Source: a virus (Duplodnaviria; Caudoviricetes). Taken from it: 25,580 bases of DNA. The number at the start of each line of letters is the position of its first letter. Within the stretch, counting starts at the first letter, position 1. The DNA lies in IMG/VR virus record IMGVR_UViG_3300008216_004606, positions 1-25,580 of that record; one strand, 5' to 3'. Below, piece after piece: positions 15,367-24,555 of this stretch. The notes below the pieces were generated by a model, which had not been told where the DNA came from, made no database searches, and saw only the letters and a program-made list of their open reading frames with translations. Made by a program: the position numbers and the translations under genes.

Positions 15367-15663
15367 ATGCCTGCATTCAAGGAACACGACGCCGAAACAG
15401 GCGTTACGACCATCGTTCACGACCTGGGCGACCGGGTTGTATTTGAGAAGACCTACGACGCCGAGCCGTTCAAGGCCCGCGCCGCCGAGATGCGCAGCGC
15501 CACCGAGGGCCAGAAGTGGGGCGAGATGCGTCATGTGGGATTCATCCCAAACGCTGAGCTGGCCACGATGCTGCGCCAGGACGGCACGATCGACCCGAAG
15601 CGAGCAATGGCCTTCCTAAAGGCTAATCCGCTCCTCTGCACATTCAATCGAGCGCTCAAGTAA
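15367..15663 (+). CDS. Hypothetical protein
   Basis: 98-aa ORF with phage-like codon use and a TAATG overlap with the next gene. Confidence 0.75.
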   Translation: MPAFKEHDAETGVTTIVHDLGDRVVFEKTYDAEPFKARAAEMRSATEGQKWGEMRHVGFIPNAELATMLRQDGTIDPKRAMAFLKANPLLCTFNRALK

Positions 15664-16226
15664 TGAATTACACCCAGATCAGCGAGAAAGTCGCTCAGTG
15701 GATGAACCGCGACGACCTCACGGCCCGCATTCCAGACTTTATCGAGCTGACTGAGGAGCGCTTGAACCGTCACCTTCGCGTCCGCCAGATGGAATTGACC
15801 CTGGCGGCTACTGCGATCGTCGACAACCTCATCACCCCCGCCGTCGACGCACTCGATGCCAAGGCGCTATGGGTGCCCAATTACGAACGCAATCCGCTGG
15901 TAGCGCAGTCCCTTGAGTCTGTCGTTTCTGCGGGCGGCGATGGCATTCCGACCATGTACGCATGGGACGGTGCCAACCTGCGCTTTGACGGCACTGGCAG
16001 CGTGCAGGGCGTGCTTTATGTCCGCATTCCTGCCTTGGCTACGGCTACAACGAACTGGATCAGTGACGGGCCTTGGAGCCTGTACCTGTTCGGTGCCCTG
16101 GTTGAGGCTGCGCTGTACGTCGGCGACGACCCGTCCGTCTGGCAAATGCGCTTTGATCAGGCTCTGTCCGAAGTGCAAGGCAACGACCAGCGTCGCCCTG
16201 GTCCCCTGGTAGCGAGGCCTCGCTGA
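15663..16226 (+). CDS. Head-tail adaptor (tail tubular A / P22 gp4-equivalent)
   Basis: MNYTQI...WMNRDDLTARIPDFIELTEERLNRHLRVRQME...LYLFGALVEA, and position. Confidence 0.78.
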   Translation: MNYTQISEKVAQWMNRDDLTARIPDFIELTEERLNRHLRVRQMELTLAATAIVDNLITPAVDALDAKALWVPNYERNPLVAQSLESVVSAGGDGIPTMYAWDGANLRFDGTGSVQGVLYVRIPALATATTNWISDGPWSLYLFGALVEAALYVGDDPSVWQMRFDQALSEVQGNDQRRPGPLVARPR

Positions 16227-17662
16227 TGTTTCCGCTCATTGGATTTGCACCTGACGCTGACCAGACCACGCCTGGCTTGATATCCGACTGCGACAACCTC
16301 ATTCCAGCTCTGATCGGCATGGAAGGGGCGCCAGAGGCCGAGCCCGTCGAGGGGGTTCCGGCATTGCCTTCGGTCTGTCGTGGCGCAGCCGTGATAAACA
16401 ACCTGAACAACACGCGGCGACTGATGGCGGCCACTGACACAGCGATCTACGAGCTGGTTGATGAGGCCTGGGTAAACCGGAGCCGCGCCGAAGGCTACGC
16501 TGGCAGCTCTGACACCCGCTGGTCCTTCACGCAATTCGGTGACGCAACGCTTGCGGCAAACGGCGGGCAGAAGATACAGCGATCAGGAAGCGCCGGCTTC
16601 TCGGACATAGCGTCCGCGCCGACAGCGGATATTGTTTTTTCGGTCGGCTCATTCGTCATGGCGTTAAACACTAACGCCAGTCGCGACGGCTGGCATTGCT
16701 GCGCGGCGTTTGATGATACCGACTGGACGCAGTCCCTTACGACTCAAGCAGCTTCCGGGCGACTTGTGACGACGCCCGGCCCGCTAACTGCTGGGGCTAG
16801 GCTTGGGGAGTATGCCATCGCCTATAAGGAGCGCTCCATGTTCCTTGGGCAGTATGTTGGCCCTCCTGTCGTGTGGGATTGGGTACAGGTGTCGGGCGGG
16901 GAGGCAGGGTGCGTCGGCAAAGACGCCATCTGCGACATTGGCGGCGCCCACTTTTTCGTTGGGCCAGACAACTTCTGGCTGTTTGACGGCACGCGCCCAA
17001 TACCTATAGGCGATGGCGTCATTCGCAGCTGGTTTATCGAGGATTCGAACCCCGATAGCCTGTACAAAACGATCTGCGTGTTTGATCGCGAAAGCAATCG
17101 TGTATGGGTGTTCTATCCGTCGTCAGGCAGTAGCGAATGCGACTCGGCGCTTGTCTATCACGTCCTTACAAAGCAGTGGGGAAGGGCGAATCGGGCCGTA
17201 CAGGCGGCACTTATGCGCGTCCCCCCATCTGTTACATACAACACATGGGACCAGTTCGGGGCCACATACGACGATTTGCCAGCGGTTGGCTACGACTCCC
17301 CGCTATGGGCGGTTGGGGCGCGAGTCCTCTCGGTATTCGATACAGCCAACCGGCTGATGGTTTATTCAGGTGATTCAGCCTCCAGCGGCATGACAACGGG
17401 CGAGGTCGGTGATGATGTCGCCGTTTCGCGTCTTCAGCAAATTCGCTTCAGGTATGCCAAGGCGCCGGTCTCGGCAACCATCCAAGCCCAGCACGCGGCC
17501 AATAGCGGCGGCGAATTCCAGCCAGGCGCTAGCGGCAACCTCAATGACGGCAAGTTCGACGTGCTTAGGGTCGCAAGGTGGCATAAGGCTCGCGCCGAGT
17601 TTGTTGGTCCGGTTCGCATCACCCACGTCAGCGCCACATTCAAGCCGGCAGGTAGACGATGA
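16226..17662 (+). CDS. Tail nozzle/hub (tail tubular B / P22 gp10-equivalent)
   Basis: 478-aa beta-rich, propeller-like ORF after the adaptor. Confidence 0.72.
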   Translation: MFPLIGFAPDADQTTPGLISDCDNLIPALIGMEGAPEAEPVEGVPALPSVCRGAAVINNLNNTRRLMAATDTAIYELVDEAWVNRSRAEGYAGSSDTRWSFTQFGDATLAANGGQKIQRSGSAGFSDIASAPTADIVFSVGSFVMALNTNASRDGWHCCAAFDDTDWTQSLTTQAASGRLVTTPGPLTAGARLGEYAIAYKERSMFLGQYVGPPVVWDWVQVSGGEAGCVGKDAICDIGGAHFFVGPDNFWLFDGTRPIPIGDGVIRSWFIEDSNPDSLYKTICVFDRESNRVWVFYPSSGSSECDSALVYHVLTKQWGRANRAVQAALMRVPPSVTYNTWDQFGATYDDLPAVGYDSPLWAVGARVLSVFDTANRLMVYSGDSASSGMTTGEVGDDVAVSRLQQIRFRYAKAPVSATIQAQHAANSGGEFQPGASGNLNDGKFDVLRVARWHKARAEFVGPVRITHVSATFKPAGRR

Positions 17663-17952
17663 AAATCAACGCAACGCCGCGCGTATCGGGCAATGACCCG
17701 GCTCTTGAGCGAATCCTGCGAAACCATGCAGGAATGATCAATCGCCTGGCCGAGGGCCGCATTGCTGCAGCGTATAACGCGCTCGCCGATACGCCTACCG
17801 GGGGCGCCTGGGCTCAAGGTGACTTTGTGCGCAACAACGCTCCGGTCGAGCTTGGAGAATCGCCGAACAAGTACGTGGTACATGGCTGGCAGTGCGTGAG
17901 TGGCGGCACGCCTGGGGCTTGGGTTGAATGCCGATATCTGACGGGGAACTGA
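17659..17952 (+). CDS. Hypothetical tail-region protein
   Basis: 97 aa, coupled at both ends. WAQGDFVRN...GWQCVSGGTPGAW. Confidence 0.75.
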   Translation: MKINATPRVSGNDPALERILRNHAGMINRLAEGRIAAAYNALADTPTGGAWAQGDFVRNNAPVELGESPNKYVVHGWQCVSGGTPGAWVECRYLTGN

Positions 17953-18362
17953 TGAGCAGATTGATCGTAGTCCCGTCGACGCATATCGACCGGGCCTGGA
18001 AAGAGGGCGCCCATCATTTGGGCGAGGCGTGCGCCACGTCTGGCGGCGAGGTTACGGGCGACCAGCTGAAAATGATGCTCAGCCGTGGCGAACGCTTCCT
18101 TGTGCGGATGGATGAGGGCGATTCGATTGTGGGCTGGGCTGTTCTGACCTTCGATCAATTGCCGAACAAGCGCGTTCTCCATGTTTACGATATGTGGGCG
18201 CCTGGCGGCCACTTTGAACGGTTCTTCGAGGAAACCAAGGCGCTTGCCGAGGCTAACGGCTGTTCGGCCCTCAGATGCTCCGCCAGGCCTGCTCAGGCTC
18301 GTCTGTACCGCATGAAATGCGGGTTCACCCCCGTTTACGAAACCCTTGAGGTGAAACTATGA
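17952..18362 (+). CDS. GNAT-fold-like assembly protein (P22 gp14 / T7 gp13 position)
   Basis: IVGWAVL...LHVYDM...ALAEANGCSALRC...RLYRMKCGF acetyltransferase-like pattern. TGATG start. Confidence 0.65.
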   Translation: MSRLIVVPSTHIDRAWKEGAHHLGEACATSGGEVTGDQLKMMLSRGERFLVRMDEGDSIVGWAVLTFDQLPNKRVLHVYDMWAPGGHFERFFEETKALAEANGCSALRCSARPAQARLYRMKCGFTPVYETLEVKL

Positions 18363-19147
18363 ATCTCGAAGACCTCGACCGGCAGATCAGCGCCGAGTTT
18401 GGCGGGCCCGCTATCGGCGGGTGGCCCACGATGCCGGGCGAGCGGATCAAGCCGCACGGCGGTGGCGGTAGCGATAAATCCTCGTCAACCACGAAGCAGG
18501 AGCTTCCCGCAGAGTTAAAGCCGCTCGCTAAAGAGTATGCGAGTAAGGCGATCGATCTAGGAAAGCAGGGGTACAACCCCTACACCGGCCGGCGCTTTGA
18601 GGGCCTAAACCAGACCCAGCAGCAAGGCCTGGAGATGATGCAGAACCGCGCTTTGGCCGGCTCGCAAACGGTCGAGAATGCCGAGGCCGCGCTGAATCAG
18701 AACATCGCAGGGGGGCAGACGAATCCCTACCTCGATCAGATGGTAAGCAAGGCGCAGGATTCCGTTCGCTCGCAGTTCAATACCGGCGCGGTCAATTCCG
18801 GTTCGTTCGGCAATTCCGGCCTGCAGGAGCAGTTCGCCGGAAACCTGGGCGACGTGGCAACGAATATGTATGGCAACGCCTATGAAACCGATCGCAACCG
18901 CCAGATGCAAAGCATCGGAATGGCTCAGCAGTTTGGTAACCAGGCGTACCAAGACGCGAACCAATTACTGGCCGCCGGACAGGTGAGTCAGGATCAAGCG
19001 CAGCAACAGAAAGACTTCAACTACCAGCAATTCCAAGAGCAGCAGGATCTGCCCTACAAGCAATTGGCGGCGATGTCTGGTGTGTTTGGCTCGAATCTAG
19101 GCGGGTCGGCCACGACTCAGCAGAAAGGCGGCGGGGGTGGCAAATAA
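18359..19147 (+). CDS. Internal virion / DNA ejection protein
   Basis: Gln/Asn/Gly-rich, with a leader ending KPHGGGGS. Position after the GNAT-like gene. Confidence 0.7.
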   Translation: MNLEDLDRQISAEFGGPAIGGWPTMPGERIKPHGGGGSDKSSSTTKQELPAELKPLAKEYASKAIDLGKQGYNPYTGRRFEGLNQTQQQGLEMMQNRALAGSQTVENAEAALNQNIAGGQTNPYLDQMVSKAQDSVRSQFNTGAVNSGSFGNSGLQEQFAGNLGDVATNMYGNAYETDRNRQMQSIGMAQQFGNQAYQDANQLLAAGQVSQDQAQQQKDFNYQQFQEQQDLPYKQLAAMSGVFGSNLGGSATTQQKGGGGGK

Positions 19148-19674
19148 TGTTCCCATTACTGATTCCGATGGCAATTGGCGCAGCAGGCGGCGCGCTTACC
19201 AGCAAAAAGCCGCTTAAGGGGGCTCTCATGGGTGCCGGCCTTGGTGCTCTGGGCGGTGCTGCAGCGCCTGCGCTTGGCGGCTTGCTTGGCGGAGGCGCGG
19301 CAGGAGCAGCGCCAGCGGCCTCTGCAGTCGCAGGCGCTCCTTCTGCTGGCTTTGGGCTTGGCCAGCCATTAGTGTCTGGCGCCCTTGGCAACTCTGCAAT
19401 CGCTGGCGGCGCGCCTGGTGGCGGAGGTGCTGGATTCATGGGCGGCATGAAGGGGCTGCTCGGCACTGCGAACACTTACGCACCGCTGATGAGCACAATG
19501 ATGGGCTCTATGGGGGGTGGCTCCGAAGAGCCTGGCGTGCAGGCTCCTGCACCAACTGTAGGGCAGGGCGGAGCCGAGACGCTTGCCGCTATTGCCGGCC
19601 GGTCTGGCGACCCGATGCTGGCTGCTGACGCACAGGCACGAGCACAGCGCCGCAATAGCCGGAGGATGTTCTGA
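19147..19674 (+). CDS. Gly/Ala-rich internal virion / ejection protein
   Basis: Hydrophobic GxxxG-rich sequence, coupled at both ends. Confidence 0.68.
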   Translation: MFPLLIPMAIGAAGGALTSKKPLKGALMGAGLGALGGAAAPALGGLLGGGAAGAAPAASAVAGAPSAGFGLGQPLVSGALGNSAIAGGAPGGGGAGFMGGMKGLLGTANTYAPLMSTMMGSMGGGSEEPGVQAPAPTVGQGGAETLAAIAGRSGDPMLAADAQARAQRRNSRRMF

Positions 19675-20837
19675 TGGAATCCATGAAGGGGCTGCTTGAC
19701 TTCACAAAGTCCCCCATGGGGCAGGGTCTGCTAGCGGCTGGCTTTGCCGGTCTGGCGGGCGCTAACCGTAACACACCGATCAACAACATTGGCCGCGCTG
19801 GTCTGGCTGGTATCACCGGCTACAGCGCCGCCAGCGCGTTTGATGAGCAGCGCCGCAAGCGCGAGCAGGCCGAGCAAGTTAAGGCCGCTATCCCAACCCT
19901 GTATACCCAAGGCGATGACGGCTCCATGAAGTTCGACACCATGGCCGCTCTAAAGCTTGGTATCGGGCCGAAGGACGTTATTGCCTACGGCGACGCAATG
20001 AACGCCGGCCGCGCCAAGGTGGCCCGTACTCAGGAAGTCGAAGGCCCGGACGGCGGCAAGCAAGTTGTACAGCTGGACGACTACGGCCGCCAGGTGGGTT
20101 CTGGCCTGTCCGGCTACGTCGCACCTCAGTTGGTCGATACTGGCGACCGTAAGCAGTTCGTCAAGCCATCGGCCGGTCAGGCGTTCAACGTGGGCATGTC
20201 GCCTTCTGAGCGCGATTCCAGTCAGCGCGGCTGGGCTGGTGTAGGCATCCGTTCAGAACAGAACGATATCGCCCGCGAAGCGAACCAGATCATGCAAGGC
20301 CTGAACATCCAAGAGAAGGAGTTGAAGCTCGAAGAGATGCAGGGTAAGCGTGAGGACCGCACCCGCGAGAAAGATGCACAGCGCGCCTCTATCTCGGCGC
20401 AGATCGGCGTCATTGATAAGGCGCTTCAGCACCCAGGCCGAGAAGCTGCAACGGGCCTATCTGGTGTCATTGATCCTCGGAACTACGTGCCCGGCACCAA
20501 TCCGCGAGACTTTCAGGTCGTGCTGGATCAGCTCGGCGGCGCGGCCTTCCTGCAGGCGTTCGAATCGCTCAAGGGTGGCGGTCAAATTACCGAGGTGGAA
20601 GGCAAGAAAGCCACCGATGCAATGGCTCGCCTCAACCGCGCGCAGAGCGACGAAGAGTTTCAGCAGTCCTTGCAGGATCTGCGCAGCGTGATGGAGAAGG
20701 GCCGCGCTCGTCTCGGCGGCGTACCCGACGCACAAGCAGCGCCGAAACAGCAGCGAACGGTAGTCCGCACCGGGCGCGACGGCAGCGGCCGCAAGGTTGT
20801 TCAATACTCAGATGGGAGTGTGGAATATGGCGATTGA
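19674..20837 (+). CDS. Internal virion / DNA ejection protein
   Basis: 387 aa, helical, AFLQAFESLKGGGQITEVEGKKAT, and position. Confidence 0.7.
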   Translation: MESMKGLLDFTKSPMGQGLLAAGFAGLAGANRNTPINNIGRAGLAGITGYSAASAFDEQRRKREQAEQVKAAIPTLYTQGDDGSMKFDTMAALKLGIGPKDVIAYGDAMNAGRAKVARTQEVEGPDGGKQVVQLDDYGRQVGSGLSGYVAPQLVDTGDRKQFVKPSAGQAFNVGMSPSERDSSQRGWAGVGIRSEQNDIAREANQIMQGLNIQEKELKLEEMQGKREDRTREKDAQRASISAQIGVIDKALQHPGREAATGLSGVIDPRNYVPGTNPRDFQVVLDQLGGAAFLQAFESLKGGGQITEVEGKKATDAMARLNRAQSDEEFQQSLQDLRSVMEKGRARLGGVPDAQAAPKQQRTVVRTGRDGSGRKVVQYSDGSVEYGD

Positions 20838-22680
20838 TCCTAAGTCGATCGTGTGGGACGAGCCGGCCCCGGCTGCCATCGATCCCGGCTCGATTGTCTG
20901 GGATGAGCCGGAGGCCGCTGCGCCTGATTCCAGCATCATGCAGGAGGTCGGCCAAGGTGTCGGCAACCTGCTTGCAGGTGGTTTGCGTGGCGCTGGCTCG
21001 ATTGGCGCTACCATTCTGCTGCCTGCCGACATGATCAATCAGAAACTCAGGGGTGACGACTTCTGGTCGATGAAAGATAACCGCGAGCGCCGCGCCGGCA
21101 TTGATGGTGGCCTTCAAGCGATGGGCGCCGAGCCTGAGTCGTTGCTCTATAAAGGCGGCAAGCTGGCCGGCGAGATTGCCGGTACTGCCGGCGTTGGCCC
21201 GGCATTGGCGGGCGGCGCTCGTACTGCAGGCGCTGCGCCGTGGCTGGTCAGCGCCCTCAACACTGGCGGCCTGAATGTGGCTGGGAAAACTGGGCTCGCA
21301 GGGCTTGGCATTCGTGCCGCAGGTGGCGCCGCGACAGGTGGTGCTGCCGCTGGACTGGTGAACCCTGAAGATGCTGGCATGGGCGCGCTTGTGGGTGGCG
21401 GTCTGCCGCTGATGCTGAAGGGCGGCGCTCACGCTACCCGATCAGCTGTCGGCGGCGTCAAAGGACTGGTTGAGCCTCTATATGAGCGTGGCCGGGAGAA
21501 GATCGTTAGCCGCGCGCTGCGTGAGTTCTCGGGCGGTCAGGCCGATGAGGCTATTCGCAACCTGCAAGCTGCTCGCGAACTCGTGCCGGGCTCGCTTCCG
21601 ACGGTTGGCGAAGCCGCCAAAGTGCCAAGTCTTGCCGCGCTGCAACGTGCGGCCATGAACACGTCGCCCGAGGCGGCCAATGCTCTCCAGGGGCGTATCA
21701 CTTCCAACAATCAGGCGCGTATTGACGTGCTCGAGGCGTTGGCAGGTTCGCCCGCTGCGCGCAGGGCTGCCGAAGAGGCTCGCGAACAAGCAGCAAATGC
21801 GGCTTACGGCGCTGCTCGCGGCCAGGCCGCAGGCGGCATCACGCCAAGCCAGGAATTGATTGAGCTTGCCGAGCGTCCCGCTATGCGTAAGTTCATTGCG
21901 TCGGCAAGGCGCCTTGCTGCTGACAAAGGGCAGAAGATCGACAACCCGCTGGAATCCCTCGACGGCCTGCACTACGTCAAGCTGGCGGTAGATGACGCGC
22001 TCGCCGGCACGCCTAACAACGCGCTGGCCCGCAACCAGAAAGCCGCGGTGATGGATATCAAGGATCGTCTCATTGCCGAGATGGACAAGGTCTCACCGGC
22101 TTACGGCGAATCGCGCCGCGCCTATCAGGAAGCCAGCAAGCCCATCAACCAGATGGACATTGGCGACGAACTGAAGCGCGTCATTGACCCGCTGACCGGT
22201 CGGGTTCGGGCCTCGCAGTTCGCCCGGAAGCTGACCGACGAAACCGCCCAGCGTGCAACCGGCTTCAAGCAGGCATCGCTGGCCGGAGTGCTCACGCCGG
22301 AGCAGTTGGCGAGCCTCAATGCGGTGCGGGACGACTTGGCGCGGGCTGAGTTTGCCCAGACGGCAGGGCGTGGCGTCGGCTCGAATACCGCGCAGAACCT
22401 GGCCTATAGCAACATGATGAACCAGCTTGGCGTGCCGGACTTCCTGCGCAACTTTGCAGGCGGGGAAATCATTGGGGCGATCGGTAGCCGGGCGGGGGAT
22501 CTGGTCTATGGCAAAGCAAATCAAGAGATTGCTGGGCTTCTCGCCAACACTATGCTTGATCCGGCAGAAGCGGCGCGCCTGATGCTGCTGCGTGACAGCG
22601 CAAACCCGGCGCTACTTGAGGCGGGCCGCAAGGGCCTGCTAGGCGTGACTCGATCCGCTCCAGCGCTGACGGCAGATTAG
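20827..22680 (+). CDS. Large internal virion / DNA ejection protein (P22 gp16 position)
   Basis: 617 aa, Ala/Gly-rich, helical. GGAG upstream of ATG 20827. Last gene before the tail fibre. Confidence 0.72.
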   Translation: MAIDPKSIVWDEPAPAAIDPGSIVWDEPEAAAPDSSIMQEVGQGVGNLLAGGLRGAGSIGATILLPADMINQKLRGDDFWSMKDNRERRAGIDGGLQAMGAEPESLLYKGGKLAGEIAGTAGVGPALAGGARTAGAAPWLVSALNTGGLNVAGKTGLAGLGIRAAGGAATGGAAAGLVNPEDAGMGALVGGGLPLMLKGGAHATRSAVGGVKGLVEPLYERGREKIVSRALREFSGGQADEAIRNLQAARELVPGSLPTVGEAAKVPSLAALQRAAMNTSPEAANALQGRITSNNQARIDVLEALAGSPAARRAAEEAREQAANAAYGAARGQAAGGITPSQELIELAERPAMRKFIASARRLAADKGQKIDNPLESLDGLHYVKLAVDDALAGTPNNALARNQKAAVMDIKDRLIAEMDKVSPAYGESRRAYQEASKPINQMDIGDELKRVIDPLTGRVRASQFARKLTDETAQRATGFKQASLAGVLTPEQLASLNAVRDDLARAEFAQTAGRGVGSNTAQNLAYSNMMNQLGVPDFLRNFAGGEIIGAIGSRAGDLVYGKANQEIAGLLANTMLDPAEAARLMLLRDSANPALLEAGRKGLLGVTRSAPALTAD

Positions 22681-22781
22681 TCGTACCAGCCCTGTATTCC
22701 GCCATAGATACAGGCGCCAATAAACAGCACGCCACCCTTGAGCATCATCCAGTCGATGTATGTAAAATTTGACACATCCAC
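22677..22781 (-). CDS. 34-aa antisense membrane micro-protein (not in ORF track)
   Basis: Minus strand AGGAATAGGA RBS, GTG 22781, MDVSNFTYIDWMMLKGGVLFIGACIYGGIQGWYD. Its TAA overlaps the TAG of the convergent gene. Confidence 0.62.
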   Translation of the reverse strand: MDVSNFTYIDWMMLKGGVLFIGACIYGGIQGWYD

Positions 22782-22814
22782 GGCTTAATCCTATTCCTGT
22801 TAATGGAGCCTTCC

Positions 22815-24506
22815 ATGCCTGTACCGGTGAGTATAAATGACCTTTCCCCGGTCGCGAGTATCAATTCTCCCGCGCGGACCGAGTCACCAACCACAGCTGA
22901 CGATTATCTTCGAGCGCACGCGTCGTTCATAGCGGTTCTGCGAGACGCCGACGCAGCGCTTGCCGGCGCAGAGGGTGTCGGTAAAGTTGGCAATGCAGTT
23001 GATGGGCGCAAGCTGGCCGATAAAACAGATGCCGCCCAAGGTGCCGGTTTGGTGGGGTTTAATGTGAGCCTGGACTATCCGGCCGGGTCGATCGGCCAAG
23101 CAATCAAGGACGTTACGACTGCCGAATACGAGCCGCCATTGGGTGGCAGCTTGCTTTCAAAGATCATCAACACAGCAGCAATCCGCGGCCTTTACGTACG
23201 CAACGCCAGTTCCACTTCGATTGCCGTCGGCGTCGGGATGAGCAAGCGACTCAATTCGGTAGTGGAGTATCGCTTTCAGTACGATGGCGACGGGCTGATG
23301 TTGCTACGCGGGGTCTACTCTGGTGTAGAAGATGAGGCTTCGAAGCGCCCTGCGGTTACGCTGTCTGGCAGTTTCATAACGGGCTCTGCTCCGGCTTCCT
23401 ACACTCAGGTCCCTGGCGATTCATTCACTGCCACCTTCACCGGCAGCACGCTGCTGTTCCGCTCCAGGGTAGATGACCGTGGCGGAATCTGGCGAATCAC
23501 GCTCAGCAATGGGATGACTCGTGATATTTCGACCTGGGCGGCCACACTGAAGACTGAGCATGAACAGGTTGTCTTCGACAAGTTCGATCACGGCACTTAC
23601 ACCGTCAAGTGCGAGTTCATCGGCGACGACCCGTTCCATGCGCCCTCTACATCACCCTCGCGGGGCTGGATTCGGTATGTTCCAGCAAGCACGACCGACC
23701 TCCCGTTGACCGTGGCAAAGGTCGGAAAGATCAACACAACCACGATGAAAGCGATTGTGTCGCAGAACTCTGTGCCGGACTTCGCCATTTCTGCACGCCC
23801 GCTTGGAGCTGCATATAACAGCGAGTGGGTGCCGAACCACGGATCGGTTACGGGCGTTTCGTACAGCCCTTCCATTAAAGTGATGATCGATGGGATAGAG
23901 ACGATCGGCACGCCAGGCACCACGCTGGATGCGACTTATGACTTCCGGGAGATCGAAGATTTCCAGATCATGCAGAAGTTCGAGGCCCGCAACCCCAACG
24001 GAACAGGGGGGTCGATGTGGGCTCACTGGGTAACACATACCCTGCGCAAGCGTGACCCTGTACTGAGCATCAAAAATCGACTGGAGGTTCTGCAAGACAC
24101 GCGGATGACGCAAATTTACTTTGGCATGTTGCCGGCGGCGAGCGCCAACGTAACGCGGATGGCGCTGAACGACGGGACAGAGCTGTCTGCCATACCGGTC
24201 GATAATTCCGAACAGACATTCGGTTGGAATGTGACATCCGCCATGTATGCCGGCGAGTTTGTGACGGGCAACTCTCATGCTGTGGCGGTTGAGGTCACTT
24301 CTTTACGGGATAGCGCATCTTTCGGCACCTCCTATGCTCAGGCGGTGCCGGGCCGAATCAGCCACCGAGCGGATGGGACCACGAAGATCTATTGGGGCGC
24401 CGGAACCAACGTGGACGTTCCGGCTGGCAAGATACTCCGTTCAGAGCACCGAATCGGAGTCGTTAGCGGCGGTAGATTCCCGGACGACCTGTTCAAGTCA
24501 ATCTGA
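22815..24506 (+). CDS. Tail fibre / tailspike (receptor-binding protein)
   Basis: N-terminal anchor-like PVPVSINDLS...SP...DDYLRAHASFI and DAAQGAGLVGF, then a beta-rich body. GGAG RBS and terminator downstream. Confidence 0.75.
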   Translation: MPVPVSINDLSPVASINSPARTESPTTADDYLRAHASFIAVLRDADAALAGAEGVGKVGNAVDGRKLADKTDAAQGAGLVGFNVSLDYPAGSIGQAIKDVTTAEYEPPLGGSLLSKIINTAAIRGLYVRNASSTSIAVGVGMSKRLNSVVEYRFQYDGDGLMLLRGVYSGVEDEASKRPAVTLSGSFITGSAPASYTQVPGDSFTATFTGSTLLFRSRVDDRGGIWRITLSNGMTRDISTWAATLKTEHEQVVFDKFDHGTYTVKCEFIGDDPFHAPSTSPSRGWIRYVPASTTDLPLTVAKVGKINTTTMKAIVSQNSVPDFAISARPLGAAYNSEWVPNHGSVTGVSYSPSIKVMIDGIETIGTPGTTLDATYDFREIEDFQIMQKFEARNPNGTGGSMWAHWVTHTLRKRDPVLSIKNRLEVLQDTRMTQIYFGMLPAASANVTRMALNDGTELSAIPVDNSEQTFGWNVTSAMYAGEFVTGNSHAVAVEVTSLRDSASFGTSYAQAVPGRISHRADGTTKIYWGAGTNVDVPAGKILRSEHRIGVVSGGRFPDDLFKSI

Positions 24507-24514
24507 CGCCTAAC

Positions 24515-24539
24515 AGCCCCGCCAGCCGGGGCTTTCTTT
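24515..24539 (+). terminator. Intrinsic terminator
   Basis: AGCCCCG-CCAGC-CGGGGCT followed by TTCTTT. Confidence 0.75.
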
Positions 24540-24555
24540 GCCCAAGGATTACCCC

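Noticed and set aside
14325-15413. 362-aa minus-strand ORF
   Set aside because: Shadow of the highly biased capsid gene.
22550-22735. 61-aa minus-strand ORF from the track
   Set aside because: Overlaps the ejection gene and lacks an RBS. The 22677-22781 frame fits the gap much better.
22815-24506. Diversity-generating retroelement or invertible tail-fibre cassette
   Set aside because: No reverse transcriptase, invertase or duplicated template repeat seen in the window.
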